From an uncultured Acidobacteriota bacterium (lineage in GTDB: Bacteria > Acidobacteriota > Thermoanaerobaculia > Multivoradales > UBA5704): 64,000 bases of DNA. A model generated the notes under the pieces. That model saw only the letters and a program-made list of their open reading frames with translations. It had not been told where the DNA came from and ran no database searches. The DNA lies in the NCBI GenBank assembly GCA_963770895.1, contig CAVYRF010000001.1:1088001-1152000 (forward strand), given 5' to 3'. The position numbers were made by a program, and so were the translations under genes. Positions 63,001 through 64,000 of this stretch are shown piece by piece (the stretch's first letter is position 1; the number at the start of each line of letters is the position of its first letter).

Positions 63001-64000
63001 TCCACGCCGCCGCCGGCCGCCCCGCCAGGCGGCGTCGCGTCGCGCTGCCGACCTACCCGTTCGAGCGCCAGCGCTATTGGGTGGACCCGCCGCGGCCGGG
63101 GCAGGCCGCAGCGCTCGGCGAGCCCGGCGGGGGTCTGACCGCGGCATCGCCGGGCGGCGCGACAGGCTCCGCCAGCGGCCTGGCGGCGACGCGCGCCGCG
63201 GATCTCGCCGATTGGATCTGGGTGACCACCTGGAAGCGGCTGCCGCTGCCGCCCGCCGACCAGCGGGCTTCGACGGATGGGGTGCCGGCGGTCGCCAGTG
63301 GAATGCCTGCACCGCCTGGTCTGACCGGTGCTTTCCTGGCCGCGGCTGAGGGGAGGCTGGCTGCCTCACCCTCGACCGCTGCCAGTCCCGCGGCTGCCGT
63401 TGAGATGGCCGCCGGGCCTGGCTCGACCCAGGGGATGGCGACGGAGCCTCCGGCGGTTGGGGCGACGGCCGCGGCGGAGCGCTGGCTGATCTTTGCCGAC
63501 GCCGGCGGGCTGGGCGAGCGCGTCGCGTCGCGGCTGCGCGCCACCGGCCGCCAGGTGGCGACGGCCGTCGCCGGCGCCGGGTTTGCGGCGCTGGGGGAGG
63601 AGGCGTTTCGCCTCGATCCCGGCAGCCTCGCGGACTACGAAGCGCTGCTGCGCGAGCTGGGCGCGCCGCCGTCGCGCGTGCTCCACCTGTGGAGCTGCAC
63701 CGACGCGGAGCCGGACTTTGCCGCGGCGCAAGCCGGTGGGCTGGTGAGCGTGACGCTGCTGGCGCAGGCGCTGGCCGCGGTGCACGGCGGCGCCGCCGTG
63801 CACCTGGTGGTGGCGGGCAACGGCCTGTGCCAGGTGCTGGACGGCGACGCCGTGCACCCCGGCAAGGCGACGCTGCTGGGCGGCTTGAAAGTCATCCGGC
63901 AGGAGGTCCCGCGGCTGGACGTGGCGATCGTGGACGTGGCGCCGCCGCCCGCTGGGCAGGCCGGTTCGGCGGCGGCGGCGCGCCTGGTCGAGCAGCTGCT
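59994..64000 (+). CDS. Type I PKS (KS-AT, start of KR-like region), continues beyond window
   Basis: Manual translation from ATG 59994 (SD AGGAG): AIAIVGLAARFPGA, DPQHRVFLE, VQTACSTSL, EAHGSGT, AGVSSFGLGGTNAH, FLFPGLGDQY, GYSVGE, HAFHS, LPTYPFERQRYW. Confidence 0.95.
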   Translation, partial: MIDDIDHQEPEPEPETAAAIAIVGLAARFPGAADAATYWRNLSQGIESIARMSDGELAAAGVAASDLADPRYVRAKGALADADLFDAAFFGITPREAEVLDPQHRVFLETAWEALEDAGCDPRRGGERVGLWAGAGAATYLAANLFAERRRLEAIGSFQTLLLNDRDFLATRAAHALDLRGPSVTVQTACSTSLVAVHLACQSLLAGECDVALAGGVSISSPLRIGYFYEEGGVMSPDGRCRAFDAAAAGAVEGNGCGVVALMRLADATAAGARILAVLCGSAVNNDGASRPGFTAPSVEGQAQVITESLLMAGVDPRTIRYVEAHGSGTPLGDPIEVAALTQAFRTAAGVGVELPPASCALGSVKTAIGHCNTAAGIAGLIKTVLALTHRTLPPSLHFQTPNPRLELAAGPFYVPVAAAPWPAGDQPRRAGVSSFGLGGTNAHVILEEAPPPPPADPPARQPQLLVLSARTPAALSAAAARLAERLGTDGEEVVGTAGAGKAAGTVTGEEDDAGARLDRGGDQEIGAAGGGSEARAVTGGERQAAAHLADVAWTLQTGRRLFEHRRFVVVRDREQARAALAAAPAPGSTGRREGGRRRQVVFLFPGLGDQYPGMARGLYDAEPVFRQELDRCARLLAPALAAAGAAEDQAADLLEVLFAAAAPPSAGGGNGAAPAPRPAGGDAGAMAADPPVAAASRTGGALLRPRRGAAAAGAGSAADDPAAARLARTRFAQPACFAVEYALAKLLMSWGIEPQALIGYSVGELVAACIGGSLTLEEALDLVAERALRIDELPGGAMLAVPLPEHQVLPLLAPPDGAAPGAGGSLALAATNGQHFSVVAGDETAVADLERRLAAAGTTCLRLRTTHAFHSPAMAPAAARLRAPHRWPMRPPRIPWISNVTGGWVGAADLDDPGYWARHVTGTVRFAEGLSELLAEPDRLFVEVGPGSTLSTLVAQHPAATAATVAVPTLRRADETGDDLERLLAAAGRLWIEGVPIDWQRFHAAAGRPARRRRVALPTYPFERQRYWVDPPRPGQAAALGEPGGGLTAASPGGATGSASGLAATRAADLADWIWVTTWKRLPLPPADQRASTDGVPAVASGMPAPPGLTGAFLAAAEGRLAASPSTAASPAAAVEMAAGPGSTQGMATEPPAVGATAAAERWLIFADAGGLGERVASRLRATGRQVATAVAGAGFAALGEEAFRLDPGSLADYEALLRELGAPPSRVLHLWSCTDAEPDFAAAQAGGLVSVTLLAQALAAVHGGAAVHLVVAGNGLCQVLDGDAVHPGKATLLGGLKVIRQEVPRLDVAIVDVAPPPAGQAGSAAAARLVEQL

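Noticed and set aside
1-64000. CRISPR array or cas genes linked to the CHAT protease
   Set aside because: No regularly spaced repeat-spacer array or cas gene seen; short repeats are coding microsatellites

Overview
Very GC-rich bacterial DNA. Gene content (TPR-CHAT proteases next to ECF sigma and zf-HC2 genes, a 'C..TLCL..GRF...WFF..TN' C-terminal domain, NRPS with long Ala/Pro/Gly inserts) suggests Acidobacteriota, possibly Thermoanaerobaculia; this is inference only. Layout: (1) 1-13 kb: MFS transporters, a FAD oxidoreductase and a probable surface-modification operon. (2) 13.2-23.2 kb: accessory region ending at the 3' end of tRNA-Tyr, with a neprosin-family peptidase, two secreted 6-Cys peptides, PhoD, a broken HigB-like toxin with its antitoxin, an ISAzo13 element with IRs and TTA target duplication, and a ~150-bp dispersed repeat. 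(3) Fluoride riboswitch with fluC/crcB. (4) CHAT protease, small peptide, membrane protein, membrane-fused ECF-like sigma and zf-HC2 protein. (5) 32.8-39.3 kb: RiPP-like protein-modification cluster with a PqqD/RRE, a leader-bearing DUF11 protein, an IPTL-CTERM mini-protein, three glycosyltransferases, a sulfotransferase and an LLM oxidoreductase. (6) 41.6-64 kb: a five-module NRPS followed by a type I PKS that runs off the window. The most striking observation is in (5). The DUF11 Ig-like domain stops before its last beta-strands, and the next gene encodes what look like those strands (QITNTVTVTAT...) between its own signal peptide and a membrane anchor. This suggests a natural split-domain, possibly isopeptide-forming (SpyTag/SpyCatcher-like), surface-tethering system. 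All family assignments are from motif recognition by eye; no searches were run.
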